A stretch of DNA of 64,000 bases from Piromyces finnis finn (taxonomy: Eukaryota > Fungi > Neocallimastigomycota). Every line of letters begins with the position of its first letter. Within the stretch, counting starts at the first letter, position 1. The notes under the pieces are model-generated. The model was not told the origin of the DNA and searched no databases. It worked only from the letters and a program-made list of their open reading frames with translations. Where the stretch lies: contig MCFH01000038.1 of the NCBI GenBank assembly GCA_002104945.1, positions 372,001 to 436,000 of the forward strand, read 5' to 3'. This document shows positions 1 to 12,725 of the stretch, one piece after another. Both the position numbers and the translations under genes were made by a program.

Positions 1-240
1 TTATATTTAATAAGGTTAATTTATAATTTAATTCCAAATAATTATTATAAATTATTATATTTAAAAAAAAAAAAAAAAAAAAAAAAACATTAGAATTTTA
101 ATTATATTTAAATATTAAAAGAAGTAGGTATTATAAAAAAGAATGAGAGATAAATTAGTTTAATAATGAATGATTTTTTAGTTTTAAAACAAAAGAACTT
201 ATTATATTTATTTATTCTATGTCTATTCTATATATATTCT

Positions 241-617
241 TCATTTATTATTCTTTTTTCCTATAGTTTTTTTTAACATAACATACCCGACTTTTCTTTT
301 ACCAGCACTTGAAGGTGCCTTTTGTTTACTAGTATCTGAATCATTTCCTATATAAATTTAAAACGCTATTAACAAAAACTATATAATTATATAATATATT
401 TGTATATATTATTTAAAGTACCTGCTCGTTTTTGTCTATTTTTACCAGATGAAATCACTGTAAATTTCATTTTTTCTGGTATTTGTTCTAATAAAGGAGA
501 GTATGTTGTAGGACTATCATCTTCACCTTTTAAAGAAAAAAAATATCATATTAATATATTTTATAAAAAAAAAAAAAGAAACACAATAAAATATTAATAT
601 TATATTAATGATAAACA

Positions 618-648
<31 letters not shown>

Positions 649-1542
649 CAAAAAATATTATTAAACCTAATTACCTTCAATAATTTTTACTAAAATATAG
701 GCTCGACGTTCTAATAAAAAATATGAATTGTATTTTAGATATAATATATATTTTTATTATTACTAATTTAATCTTATTTTTCAATGAGTAGTTTACTATT
801 TTATGCACTAAATTTTATATAGATATATGTTATTCTTTTGATAAGTTAATATAAAAAAAAATAAAAAATAGTTGTACGAAATAATAAAATAATTGTGTTA
901 TAAAAGTTTATATCAATTGATATCTTCTATATTTGATATATGATATAGAATAGAATAAAGAATATATGCATGACCTATTCTCTTTTATATATATTATAAC
1001 AATCTCTAGTATCACTATAGATTTTTTTTTTTTTTTTTTTTATTCATATTTTATAATATTGTATGGATGACACTGTCCCCATTTTTATTAATTTATTTAT
1101 TCTACAATTCTTCTCAGTTAATTTTTTTAATATAATTTACTTCTAATTATAATATTATTACTATCACACACGAACCATCTAAATATTTTTTTGCATATTC
1201 TTTTCCATGGTTGGCTAAGTCAATAACTTCACCAGATTCCGTGGCTAAATCGACCTGATATTTTTCTTCATCAAATCCACAACTTATTTTTATAAATGAT
1301 AATAGTACCGATGCTACACAATTTGGATTAAATATTTTCTCACTATTATTTCCATATTTTACTAATATAAAAGTTTTTAAATGATAAAATATCACAATAA
1401 TAATAGTAATAATAAAGTTATAATAAAAGATAATATAATTCATTTTAAAAGTTTATTGAATTAAAATATATAATACATTCAAAATATAAAAAGTATATAA
1501 TATCATAATAATATTATAAATTGTACCTGTTATAAATGACAT
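241..1542 (-). CDS. Small spliced protein of the C22orf15/CXorf65-like family (4-5 exons)
   Basis: Manual splicing: exon 1527-1542 (ATG TCA TTT ATA ACA G|gtacaa), exon ~1176-1365, exon ~671-709, exon ~418-520, last exon ~241-347. The product reads MSFITVKYGNNSEKIFNPNCVASVLLSFIKISCGFDEEKYQVDLATESGEVIDLANHGKEYAKKYLDERRAYILVKIIEGEDDSPTTYSPLLEQ. The FITVKYG..FNPNC..LL..IK..CG and IDLA.E.GEV pattern matches my recollection of this family. Confidence 0.65.
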
Positions 1543-4302
1543 ATTTTATTAATAGGTTAGTTATTTTTTAATAAAATAAAAAAAAGATAGTAATAATTTT
1601 TTATATATAATGATGATAAAAAAAAAAAAAGAAACACAAAACAAATATAATAAAATATATTATTTAAATTTTAAAAAGAATAAATATACATAATGATTTA
1701 TAAATAATTATTTTATTTTTAAATGATATAGAATCATAGTCAATTTATGATTAGTATAAGAATACTATGACTCTAATTGAAAATTATAATAAAAAAGAAT
1801 AAAGCAAAATTCAATTTATTATATAATACTACGTCACTATTAATGAAGTAATTTTAAAAGATTTAATAAAAACTACATTGAATTAAAAAAAAAGTTTATA
1901 TTTAATTATTACTACTATATAAAAAAAAAAAAGTTTTTTTTTTTATTAATATCTATCTTTATTTTATTTTAATGGAATATCTATAATTATCACTTTTATT
2001 ATTTCTAATAAAATATAAATTTTATTTCATTTCATACTTTAATCTATAATTAAAATTAAAGTTTTTTGACTAAATAGCATGTTTAAAAAAAAGGAATTTT
2101 ATTACTTTTACTTTAAAAAATATATATAAATATATTATAAAAAAAATTATTAATAAATATAAAAAAAAACTAATTTTATACAGGTTTGTCTTATGCATAC
2201 TTTTTTTTTTAAAAAAAAAAAAAAAAAATTTAGTTTATAGACTACTTTTTATATATATATATATGTATATTTTTTAGAAAATTGTAATAGTAATGAAGAT
2301 AATATATATATATTTAAAATAACAACAACAATAACATAACAATAAATAATAGAGATCGCATTTTAACTTTACACACACACCTATCCAATTTTCCAAATAT
2401 TTTAATTTTTTATACTTTGGTAATTTTCAAGAGAATCTTTAATTGCTTAAAAAACAGCAACATCAAATTTAACAATATTATAAAATGTATGACAGTGATA
2501 TTCTTTTAACAATATTTATATTAATTATAATTTATGATATAAAGTAGCTTTTTTTAAAATATTCCTAATAAATATTGTTTAAAATAATATAACCCTTATT
2601 AAACAATTCTTTAACCCATGAAATTTTAAAAAATATAAAATATTTAAGAAATTACATTTATGTATATTTAATGAAATAAAATAAAAAATAAAATATTTTT
2701 TTTAGTTGTCTATTAAAGTTTCTAATTAAACAATAATTATATTTATATATATATGTATAACAAAAGTATTCATTAAAATTAATGTCAACTTTTTTTTGTT
2801 TTTCAAAGTACACAGCTGATACATTTTCAGTAATACATTAAATATCAATGTAATGTATTTTGTTTTTAGTAGCCAATAATATTCATGCATTCTATATCTA
2901 TTAAGTATTAATAAATAAATTATAAATTAGTTGTCAAATAATGTATGAGCAGCAATTACATTAAACTTATTGTACAAAAAATTGTCTTTTATTACATTAT
3001 CTATTATTATACTATCAAATATTCTTCAGGAAGGTTATCATCTTTATGAAAAGGACCAATAATAAAACATAGAAAACATAGAGTTTAACATACTATTTTG
3101 ATATTCTAATCAACAATACTTTTTTTTACAAAGAACTAGTCATGTGTTAGTGTCATTATCTATTTATTTTTAAAAAGTATTCTTTTTTTTTTATTTTTAT
3201 TAATAATAAAGTTTCTTTTTATAATGCATGTCTATTTGCATATTTCATTTAAATCTATTGAATACAATTTTTAGACAGATTGTTGTCTATTTTATGTCTT
3301 ACATTTATTCTATTGTTATGTAGGATGACAATGTAGGACGATGTAATCTATTATAAAAGTTGCGTTCTTGTAGATTCTGTATTTTTTTTCTTTTCTTTAT
3401 ATATATCAATGGATATCAAGATAACTTTTTATGTAAAATTATAAATAGTAATTATAGAGTTATCAAAAGTATTATATGAGATCATTAACAGATGATCTTT
3501 TTTTAATTATTAAATTGTGTGTCATTTGTGAGTTTTAATTATTAATTAAATAAAAGTTTAAATTTGTATAATATAGATATTATATCATCAATTAAAATAA
3601 TAATTAATTTGGATATATATATTAATATATAATTAGGTTTAAAAACTTAAATATCAGAAATTATATATAAAGCTGTCAAAAATACCTATAAATTGTATTA
3701 TTCTTTTTTCTTGAAGGTATCAAATTTTATCAAATTTTATATGATACTATTAATAATAAAACATACATTTTTAAAAATAAAATTATTAAATAATCTTTCA
3801 TAATAAAGAAAAAATTAAGTCATAATAATAGTAGTAAAAGATTAGTAGAGAAATAATAATAAAAATAATAATAATAACAACAACATGTTTTATACCAAAC
3901 TAAGATACAATAAAAACATATTTAAAAAGAATAGATAATAAATACACTCTTATTATTATTATAGTAATAAAGGACTTTTTTTCTTATTTATTAAAAAATA
4001 AATAATTTAGAAAATGAATAATTAAATTAAAAGTCAAGGGAATTAAACCAAAATCTTTAATACATATAATATAATTATCATTTTATGATAGATTAAAAGG
4101 ATAGAGAGGATGTAATTGCATAATAGATTATTGTTTTTTATTCAAACAATACTCAAAAATACAAATTCACAATAACAAACACCATAATATCTATACTTTT
4201 TTTTTTTTTTAAATAAAAAGCAAATATTTTAAAGAAAGAGAATTATAGAATGGAATATTAAAGTAATATTAAATCCACCTTCTTTCTCAAAAAAAAAGTG
4301 AA

Positions 4303-4539
4303 TTATCAAAAACGTTTTAATTAATTTATTAATTAATCCACTTTCCAAAAAAGGAAGTTATCTACAGATAAAACTAATCAAAATATGATAATTATAACTT
4401 TAAAAATTTTAAAAACTTTATTTTTTTTAAAAAAATTAAAATCATAAAAATTTTTGATAAGTTAAATTCTTTTTTGATAACCACTAATCACCAATGATCA
4501 TTGGTCAAAAATATATAGATAAGAAACTTTTACTGATAA
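4303..4539. promoter_or_regulatory. Cluster of GATAA/TTATC sites, candidate nitrogen-responsive GATA-factor element upstream of the ammonium transporter
   Basis: Eight GATAA/TTATC pentamers in ~240 bp (4303, 4358, 4367, 4387, 4456, 4476, 4518, 4535), 2.6 kb upstream of the Amt start. Function is inferred only. Confidence 0.3.
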
Positions 4540-4684
4540 CAACTATTTATAAAAAAGATATAGATAGCGATAGAATGATTACTAGTAATAATGAATATAT
4601 ATTCATTATTTTTTATAATTATATACTATTTAAATGCAAAGACTTAATTATTATGTTACTAGTTGTTTTATAATAGAGCTATTA

Positions 4685-4810
<126 letters not shown>

Positions 4811-7130
4811 TTTTTTTAGACATCAACAAAAGTGCTTAACAATTTTCTTTTTTATTGAATATAATATCCAGATAATTAATAATCCAAATGTCAAAAAATA
4901 AATATTAATTAAATTTTATATTCATTGTTACATAAAATAAATAAATTAAAATTTTATCATAAATTAAAACAAACCCTAATAAATAAAATTAAAGACATTA
5001 GTTATGTAATACATAATAATACATTAATAATTGATACATAATAGTCTTAATACTATATAATACATCATTGATACATTAATACATCATATTCATAATATAA
5101 TTTATAAAGTTTATGTTATCATCATTAAAAGTTGACAAAATATATATTAAAAAATTTAATTAAAAAAAAATGACAACTCAATAATAGGAGATAAATTTTA
5201 TCAAAAAATAAAAAAAAGATAAGCATCACAAATATATTAAATTATTCCTATCAATTTATGAAAGTTGAAGGTAGAAAGAATAGTAAAAATAAAAAATAAG
5301 AATTTTATAAAAGATATGCCATTACAAACACATACAACTTTTAAAAGTGTGGGAAAGACTTTTTTGCATTTCTTTTTATTATAGGAACATGAAGAATCAT
5401 AGAATGCGATCAAAGACGACTACCTTTTACCTATTCTAATTAATTTGTAAATTGAAACTCATTTTTGTTACTATAACTATTTTATTTTATAGTTTTTTTT
5501 TTTGTAAATTGTATTTTTTTATTTAAAATCATTAATATTAATGCCTTTGAATTGTATAAAGTTACCTTTTTTTTAATCATAAAATTGCTTTAAGTATAGT
5601 TGTTACTTTTTCATCTCTTTTTTTATACAGAAAATGAAGTTATCACCAAAATAAACTTTTGTAATATTTGGTTATAAATGGAAAGATGATATATTGAAAT
5701 ATATTATTATTATATAGAAGAAATACATTTAATTAAAATAAAGCTTTTTATAATAATTAATCCTTTACAAATGATCTTTTTATTATTTTATTAATAGTAT
5801 TCATAATTCTATTCATTCTATATTACGGTTCTATTCATTTTATTTTGTAGTAACCACATAATTCTATTCATTATCATAGTATTATCATCTTTTTATCATT
5901 AGACTTGTTATTCATTAGTACTTGTTATTGTCACAACATAAAAAAAAGAAATCTTTTTCATAAAATCATATCAATGATTAGTGTAGTTCAATATATGTTG
6001 ATCATATATTATAATAAATAAATACTATTTAAATACATTTAAAAAATGGTGAGAGGAAATAAAAAAGATCTATGAATAATAGGTTCATGGGCGTCGTCAT
6101 CCCCACCATTTTTAATAATGAATAGAGTTTTTCATCGATGACACCTTTTACCCTAACCTAATCCTTTAAACTCTTGTTTTGATAAACAATTTTTTAAAGT
6201 TTTTATCATTATCTTTTTCCTATAGACACAAATTTTAAAATCCAAATATGTCTATTGATAAAGTGGGATTAATTATATAAAATTATATATAATAAATCAA
6301 TAGAAATAATATATTAGATCTATTTAATTTATTGTATTAGAGGATTGGATAAGGAACCAACCACACACAATTGAAATTGATAAAAAACAATTGAAACCTT
6401 TAATATATTAAATGTAATAGAATATATAATATGAATATATTAGATTAAGTTTTGTGTAATGATAATGTTTAAAATTAAAAATTAAAAAATTAAAAATTTA
6501 TTAATAAAATAAATTATAATATATATAAAAAATAAATTAATCATATATTAATTTTAAATTGTAAAAAAAAAAAAGGAAAATAATTCATTTAAAATTAATC
6601 AACAAAAAAAAAAAAGTAAATCTTTTTTTGTGAAAGTATAAAAGGAATATCATTTTACCTTTATTTTTTATTATTCATTAATTCATTATTTACCCCCTTT
6701 TAACATTATAGATAAAATAAATAGGAAAAAAGAAAAAAGTTTTTTTTTCTTTTAAATTATTTAAAGAGATAAATAAGTTTTTTTTTTTTCTTTCTTACTC
6801 CTTCTTGTGTACAAATAGTTAGAGAAGAAGAAGAAGAAAAATAGTAGTAAATAGATAATAGAAAAAATAATAATAATAAAAAAAGAATATATATAAATTA
6901 ATATTTTTTTTTCATAATAAAATAATTAGAATATATAAATAATACGCAATTTTATTTTATAATAAAGAAAATTCTTTAAAGAAAATTAGAAAAATAATAA
7001 AATTAATATTACATCTTTTTTAAGTAACAATAAAACACATTTTTTTTAGAATTAATAAAATTTATAGAATATAATACAAGTATAAACATTTTTTTTTTTA
7101 AAAAAAAAAAAAAAAAACTAAAAAGAAAAA

Positions 7131-8684
7131 ATGGAATCTCTTTTTGAAAGTTTAAGCAAGTTGGCTGTTTTAACCAACCAAACTGAACAAATTCTTCAAA
7201 CTCAAGTTAAAGCTCTTCAAAATGCTACTGAAATTGTTGTTGATACAGTTGACAAAACCTCTACTCTCAATGGAGGTGATATTGCCTGGGTTTTAATTGC
7301 TACATGCTTAGTATTTATTATGACTCCAGGTTTAGGTCTTTTCTATGCTGGTTTAGCTCGTACAAAGAATGCCCTTTCTTTAATGTTTGTTTGTATGGTT
7401 TCTATTGCCGTAGTTTCATTCCAATGGGTATTCTGGGGTTATTCTCTTGCTTTCTCTAACACTTCTACCAATGGTTTCATTGGTAATTTAGATAACATTG
7501 TTTTACATAATGTTGGTCTTAAGCCAGGAGCTAACTCTGATACTATCCCAGAAAGTTTATTCATGATTTTCCAATGTATGTTCGCTGTTATTACTCCAGC
7601 TCTTGCTTTCGGTGCTACTGCTGAAAGAATGCGTATTTTACCAGCTATCGTTTTCTTATTCTTCTGGTCTACTCTTGTTTACAGTATCATTTGTTACTGG
7701 ACTTGGGGTGCTAACGGTTGGTTAGCTAAATGGGGTGTTATGGATTACGCCGGTGGTTTACCAGTTCACTGTGGTAGTGGTGCTGCTGCTGTTGCTTACT
7801 GTTATTTAATTGGTAAGAGAAAGGATTACAAGAAGCACTTTGACCCACACAATGTTACCTTTGTCTTCATCGGTACTTTCCTTTTATGGTTCGGATGGTT
7901 AGGTTTCAATGGTGGTTCTTCTCTTGGTGCTAACGCTCGTGGTGCTAATGCTATGGTTTGTAGTCATATTTCTGCTTCTATTGCAGGTTGTATTTGGGTT
8001 GCTATTGATTACTGGCGTACTAAGAAACTTTCTATGATTGGTTTCTGTACTGGTGCTGTTGCTGGTTTAGCTACTGTTACTCCAGGATGTGGTTTCGTTA
8101 CTCCATGTGCTTCTGCTCTTTACGGTTTATTAGGTGCTGTCTGTTGTAACACTGCTGTTACCTACAAGCGTAAATTCAAGTTTGATGATACTCTTGATGT
8201 ATTTGCTGTTCACTACGTTGGTGGTGCTATTGGTTTAATTCTTACTGGTTTCTTAGCCACTGAAAGTGTTACTAGTTTAGATGGTGGTAGTGGTAAGGGT
8301 GCTATTGATGGTAACTGGAAGCAAGTTTACATCCAAATTGTTGGTACTATTACTGTTACTCTTTGGTCATTAATTATGACTTTCATTTTATTAAAGATTC
8401 TTAACTGGATTCCAGGATTAAAGCTTCGTATTTCTGAAGAAGAAGAATTAAACGGTGTTGATACTTCTGAAATGGGTGAAGTTGCTTACGGTTTCATGTA
8501 CAGTGCTGATGGTAACTCAATGACTCTTAACCAAGATGCTAAGTCTCTTGTTATCAGTGAAATGTTACAAAGTGTTTCATTCGCTGGTCAATCATTATCT
8601 TTAGCCAATGATGCTATTGAATTACCACAAGGTACCAATGAAAAAATGAACAAGAACCCAAGCAACGATACTATTAAGGTTTAA
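7131..8684 (+). CDS. Ammonium transporter (Amt/Mep/Rh family), intronless
   Basis: 517-aa ORF with many TM segments. Motifs: MTPGLGLFYAGL, FQCMFAVITPAL, DYAGGLPVH (His1), WFGWLGFNGGS, GAVAGLATVTPGCG, DDTLDVFAVH (His2). Codon usage is C-ending, as in highly expressed genes. Confidence 0.97.
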   Translation: MESLFESLSKLAVLTNQTEQILQTQVKALQNATEIVVDTVDKTSTLNGGDIAWVLIATCLVFIMTPGLGLFYAGLARTKNALSLMFVCMVSIAVVSFQWVFWGYSLAFSNTSTNGFIGNLDNIVLHNVGLKPGANSDTIPESLFMIFQCMFAVITPALAFGATAERMRILPAIVFLFFWSTLVYSIICYWTWGANGWLAKWGVMDYAGGLPVHCGSGAAAVAYCYLIGKRKDYKKHFDPHNVTFVFIGTFLLWFGWLGFNGGSSLGANARGANAMVCSHISASIAGCIWVAIDYWRTKKLSMIGFCTGAVAGLATVTPGCGFVTPCASALYGLLGAVCCNTAVTYKRKFKFDDTLDVFAVHYVGGAIGLILTGFLATESVTSLDGGSGKGAIDGNWKQVYIQIVGTITVTLWSLIMTFILLKILNWIPGLKLRISEEEELNGVDTSEMGEVAYGFMYSADGNSMTLNQDAKSLVISEMLQSVSFAGQSLSLANDAIELPQGTNEKMNKNPSNDTIKV

Positions 8685-9551
8685 GAAAAGAAGAAATTGA
8701 GAAATTTTCGATAAACACAATTAGTATATTCTTATTTTATAGATTTGTAAAAAAAAATATAAAAAAAAATTCATTTAAATTTATAAAAACAGTACCAGAT
8801 TTCAATTTGTTTACAATGCACTTTTAACATATAAAACAAATTTTATTTATTATCAGTTTTTGTTTAAAATTTCTTTAATAATGTTGAAAAGAAAAAGAAA
8901 GAAACGAAAAATAATTTAACTAAGAACATTATGATACCATAGTTTCTCTATTATAAGAAAACAGAAAAGAAAATTTTTTTCAAAATCACGTTGATATATA
9001 ACACTATTTAAAATTAGAACAAAACAAAAATAAGAATAAAAAATTTTATTTATTTTTATAAATTTTTTTTAGAGAATTTAATAATATATATTCAAAAGAG
9101 AAAAGGAAAAAAAAAAAAAAATACTTATCGATACTTATATATATTATCAATTCATGCATCATTAATTTATTTTATAGCTTTAAAAAACACAGAAAAAAAA
9201 GAAAAACAAGAAAACTATTAAAATATTATAAAAAATAATATTTATATTTAAAATATTTTCCTAAAATAAATTAGAAGAAAATATTACTTTTTTTTTTTTT
9301 TTTATTAATTATTTAAATTATTTTTTTTTTAAGATTATTTATTTAAGAATTTTTTATACCAAACATTTTTTTTTGTATTTAGTAAAAAAGAAAAAAAAAA
9401 AAAAAAAAAAAAGAAAAAAAAAAGTAACACAAATAATACAAATAAAAGATTTATATTTTTTTTTAAAAAGAAAAAAGTGTCCTTGTGTTTTAATAATTTT
9501 AAAGAAAAGATAAAAAATTAAGATGATTTTAAAAAAGGAAATGGGTAGTAG

Positions 9552-12500
9552 AGAACAATATCAATTCCGATTCAAGGATGAATTAGTATATATCCTAGGT
9601 TTTGGAAGGATTTATCCAGAAATTCTAGCCAGAAGAAATTTAACCTCTGGCTAAAATTCAGGGAATGGAAAGAACTTTACAAGTGTCAGATTCAATCGGG
9701 CACTAACGAAGGAACACCATTCTTGACAGTAACCGCGGAACTTCTAACCAAAATCATGCCTTTTGCTATTGGCCAGCATTGGTCAATGTTCAAAAGGTTT
9801 GAAGCAACATCCAAGAGCGTCAATGCTGAAGAAACAGTAAGACAGGCCAGGAGGGCCAGCGCAACCAATGGAGATCATAATTTTGTTCCATGACAAAATT
9901 TTGATCTTTGGCTCGGTGTCCCATTGGAAGTCAAATACAATTATTATACTTTAGTATGATAGTGGCTTTCTTACTTTAATTAAAATTACTAGAATACATT
10001 ATACCCAATTTTTATTCATTTGTGTTTATTTAAACATATTTTTTTTATTTTTATTTTTATTTTAATTTTTAATTTCTTTATTACATGTATTATAATTTTA
10101 ATTAAATTAATAATAAAGTTTAAAATATTTGATGCCGTTAAAAAAAAAAAAAAAAAAAAAATCTTACTTTAATTAAAATTACTAGAATACATTATACCCA
10201 ATTTTTATTCATTTGTGTTTATTTAAACATATTTTTTTTATTTTTATTTTTATTTTTTATTACATGTATTATAATTTTAATTAAATTAATAATAAAGTTT
10301 AAAATATTTGATGCCGTTAAAAAAAAAAAAAAAAAAAAAATCTAACCAAAATCATGCCTTTTGCTATTGGCCAGCATTGGTCAATGTTCAAAAGGTTTGA
10401 AGCAACAACCAAGAACGTCAATGCTGAAACAAGTGCAACCAATGGAAATCATAATTTTGTCCCATGACAAAGTTTTTGATCTTTGGCTTGGTGTTCCATT
10501 GAAAGTCAACTACAATTATATAATACTTTAGTAGAATAGTGGCTTTCTTACTTTAATGACTTGAATACATTACACCCAATTTTTATTCATTTGTGTTTAT
10601 TTAAACCTATTATTTTTTATTTTTTTTTTTATTTTTATTTTTATTTTTAATTTTTTATATTACATGTATTATAATTTTGTCCGATGATAAGATTTTTGAT
10701 CTTTGACTCGGTGTTCTATTGGAAGTCAATTACAATTATTATACTTTAATAGAATAGTGGCTTTCTTACTAAAGGAGTCCGTCAAGGTTGTCCACTTTCA
10801 CCTTTTCACTTTAATCTCTTTATTAATGCTATATTTAAAGAGTGCGAAGATCTCGGAGTCAGTTTAGGTGACACTTGATGCTGTGGTGAACTTTTTGCAG
10901 ATAATATAGTTATTTTTGCTCCTTCAAGAGGATGCTTAAAAAAGATGCCATAGAAGAGTTAATGAATGGGCATTGTATAATGAAATGAAATTTGGTATTC
11001 AGAAATGTTCAACGATGGTGATTCGTCCTGAATCAATAGAAAATCAGAACAAGAAAGATCCAACATTTTACTTGGCAGGACAACCCATTCCAACTACTGA
11101 CTGCTACACTTATCTTGGTGTTCCATTTTTATAAGAATCTGTCCCTTAAACCAGTTATTAAAACTCTTAATAACAAGGTTTTGAAAGGACTCTTTTCAGT
11201 CAGTAAATTCTTAAGAAATCCTAATATTCCTATTCCCTTCAAAAAGCTAGTACTTAACTCACAAGTAATCAGTAGAGTTTCATACTTTGCACCATTACTT
11301 GGATCCAACAAAGCTAGGTCTAGAATTGCTCAGAATCATGTTAACAAAGGAATACGATGGATTGCCGGAGTTCATAAAGCTGTATCGTTTATATCTTTAT
11401 ATTCTATCTCAAAAGATTTGAATATTCCTCCATTGTCAGCCAAATGTGCATTAGCTCAGGTTAGATGTTTTAACAAATGGAAAAAACTCAAATTGTATTA
11501 TCTCACACCTTGTCAATTACATTCCTAAATTTAGAAAATACACGTGGTGTAAATCAAGTAGGGCACTTGATAAAAAATTAAAGAAGCATGGAGATGTTAA
11601 AGCAGTTAAAAACTTTTATTGGAAAGATTTCAAAAAGGGAATTCAATAAAAGCGCAATATTATGATGATACTAAATTTATTGAAACTAAAGATTTTATCA
11701 AATTATGTTATGAATACCCAGAGTTTGCCTATGGCTTCTACTGGCTATTGAAAGCAAAAAGCAGATACAAATTGGATACTAGAGTTGCAAAAGCTGCTAA
11801 ATTTGTTGATCCAGTTTGGCCAAACTACTGTCCATGTTGCAAGAGTGGTGTTCAAAGTATTAAGCATAGGTTATTAGATTGTCCAACATTTAGAGATATC
11901 CGTATTAAACGTTACAATTGCATAGTCCAGCTATTAAATTTTTTTCAGTCAACGTAATTCCAACAGTCCTATCAATAATAATGAAGATGTTAATAACAGT
12001 AGAGATAGTAATAATAGTAATAGTAATAATAACAATAGTAGTAGTAGTAGAAACAGTAATAATAATAATAGTAATAACATTAGATGTAATGATAGCAATA
12101 GGGAAGATAATAATTCTATAATTTAGATAGCAATTTAGTTAATGATAGTAATAGTTCTAATAATCCGGTGAATATTAATGTGTATGATTATTCTAGTGTG
12201 TACAATAAAATATTTAAATTCCTTCTTGAGGGAAGAAGTTTTAACAATATTAATTACAATTCAAGGGAATGGAAAGAATTTTGCAAGTGTCAGATTCAAT
12301 CGGGCACTAACGAAGGAACACCATTCTTGACGGTAACAACGGAACTTCTAACCAAAATCATGCCTTTTACTATTGGCCAGCAATGGTTAATGTTTAAAAG
12401 GTTTGAAGCAACAGCCAAGAGCGTCAATGCTGAAGAAACAGTAAGACAGGCCAGGAGGGCCAGCGCAACCAATGGAGATCATAATTTTGACCCATGATAA

Positions 12501-12725
12501 AATTTTGATCTTTGGCTCGGTGTTCCATTGAAAGTCAACCACAATTATATTATACTTTAGTAGAATAGTGGCTTTCTTACTTTAATGACTCGAATACATT
12601 ATACCCAATTTTTATTCATTTTGTGTTGATTTAAACCTATTTTTTTTTCATTTTTAATTTTTTTATAACATGTATTATAATTTTAATTAATAAAGTTTAA
12701 AAATATATGATGCCTTTATAAAAAA
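9552..12725 (+). mobile_element. Composite, degenerate non-LTR (LINE) retrotransposon insertion: four stacked 3'-end pieces plus a 5'-truncated RT copy
   Basis: From 10771 the frame reads KGVRQGCPLSP...LFADNIV...KFGIQKC...YTYLG (RT motifs, with a TGA stop and frameshifts), then the zinc-knuckle CPCCKSGVQSIKHRLLDC. Repeated 3' UTRs end in GATGCCGTT-poly(A) at ~10140 and ~10319. The direct repeat GAAATGGGTAGTAG flanks the block at 9538-9551 and 12726-12739. Confidence 0.9.

Noticed and set aside
9552-12725. Interpretation as an LTR or DIRS element because of the repeated terminal segments
   Set aside because: Poly(A) tails, 13-14 bp TSDs, 5' truncation, APE-like motifs and LINE-type RT motifs (QGCPLSP, LFAD) indicate a non-LTR element. 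No TG...CA ends, integrase or recombinase were seen.
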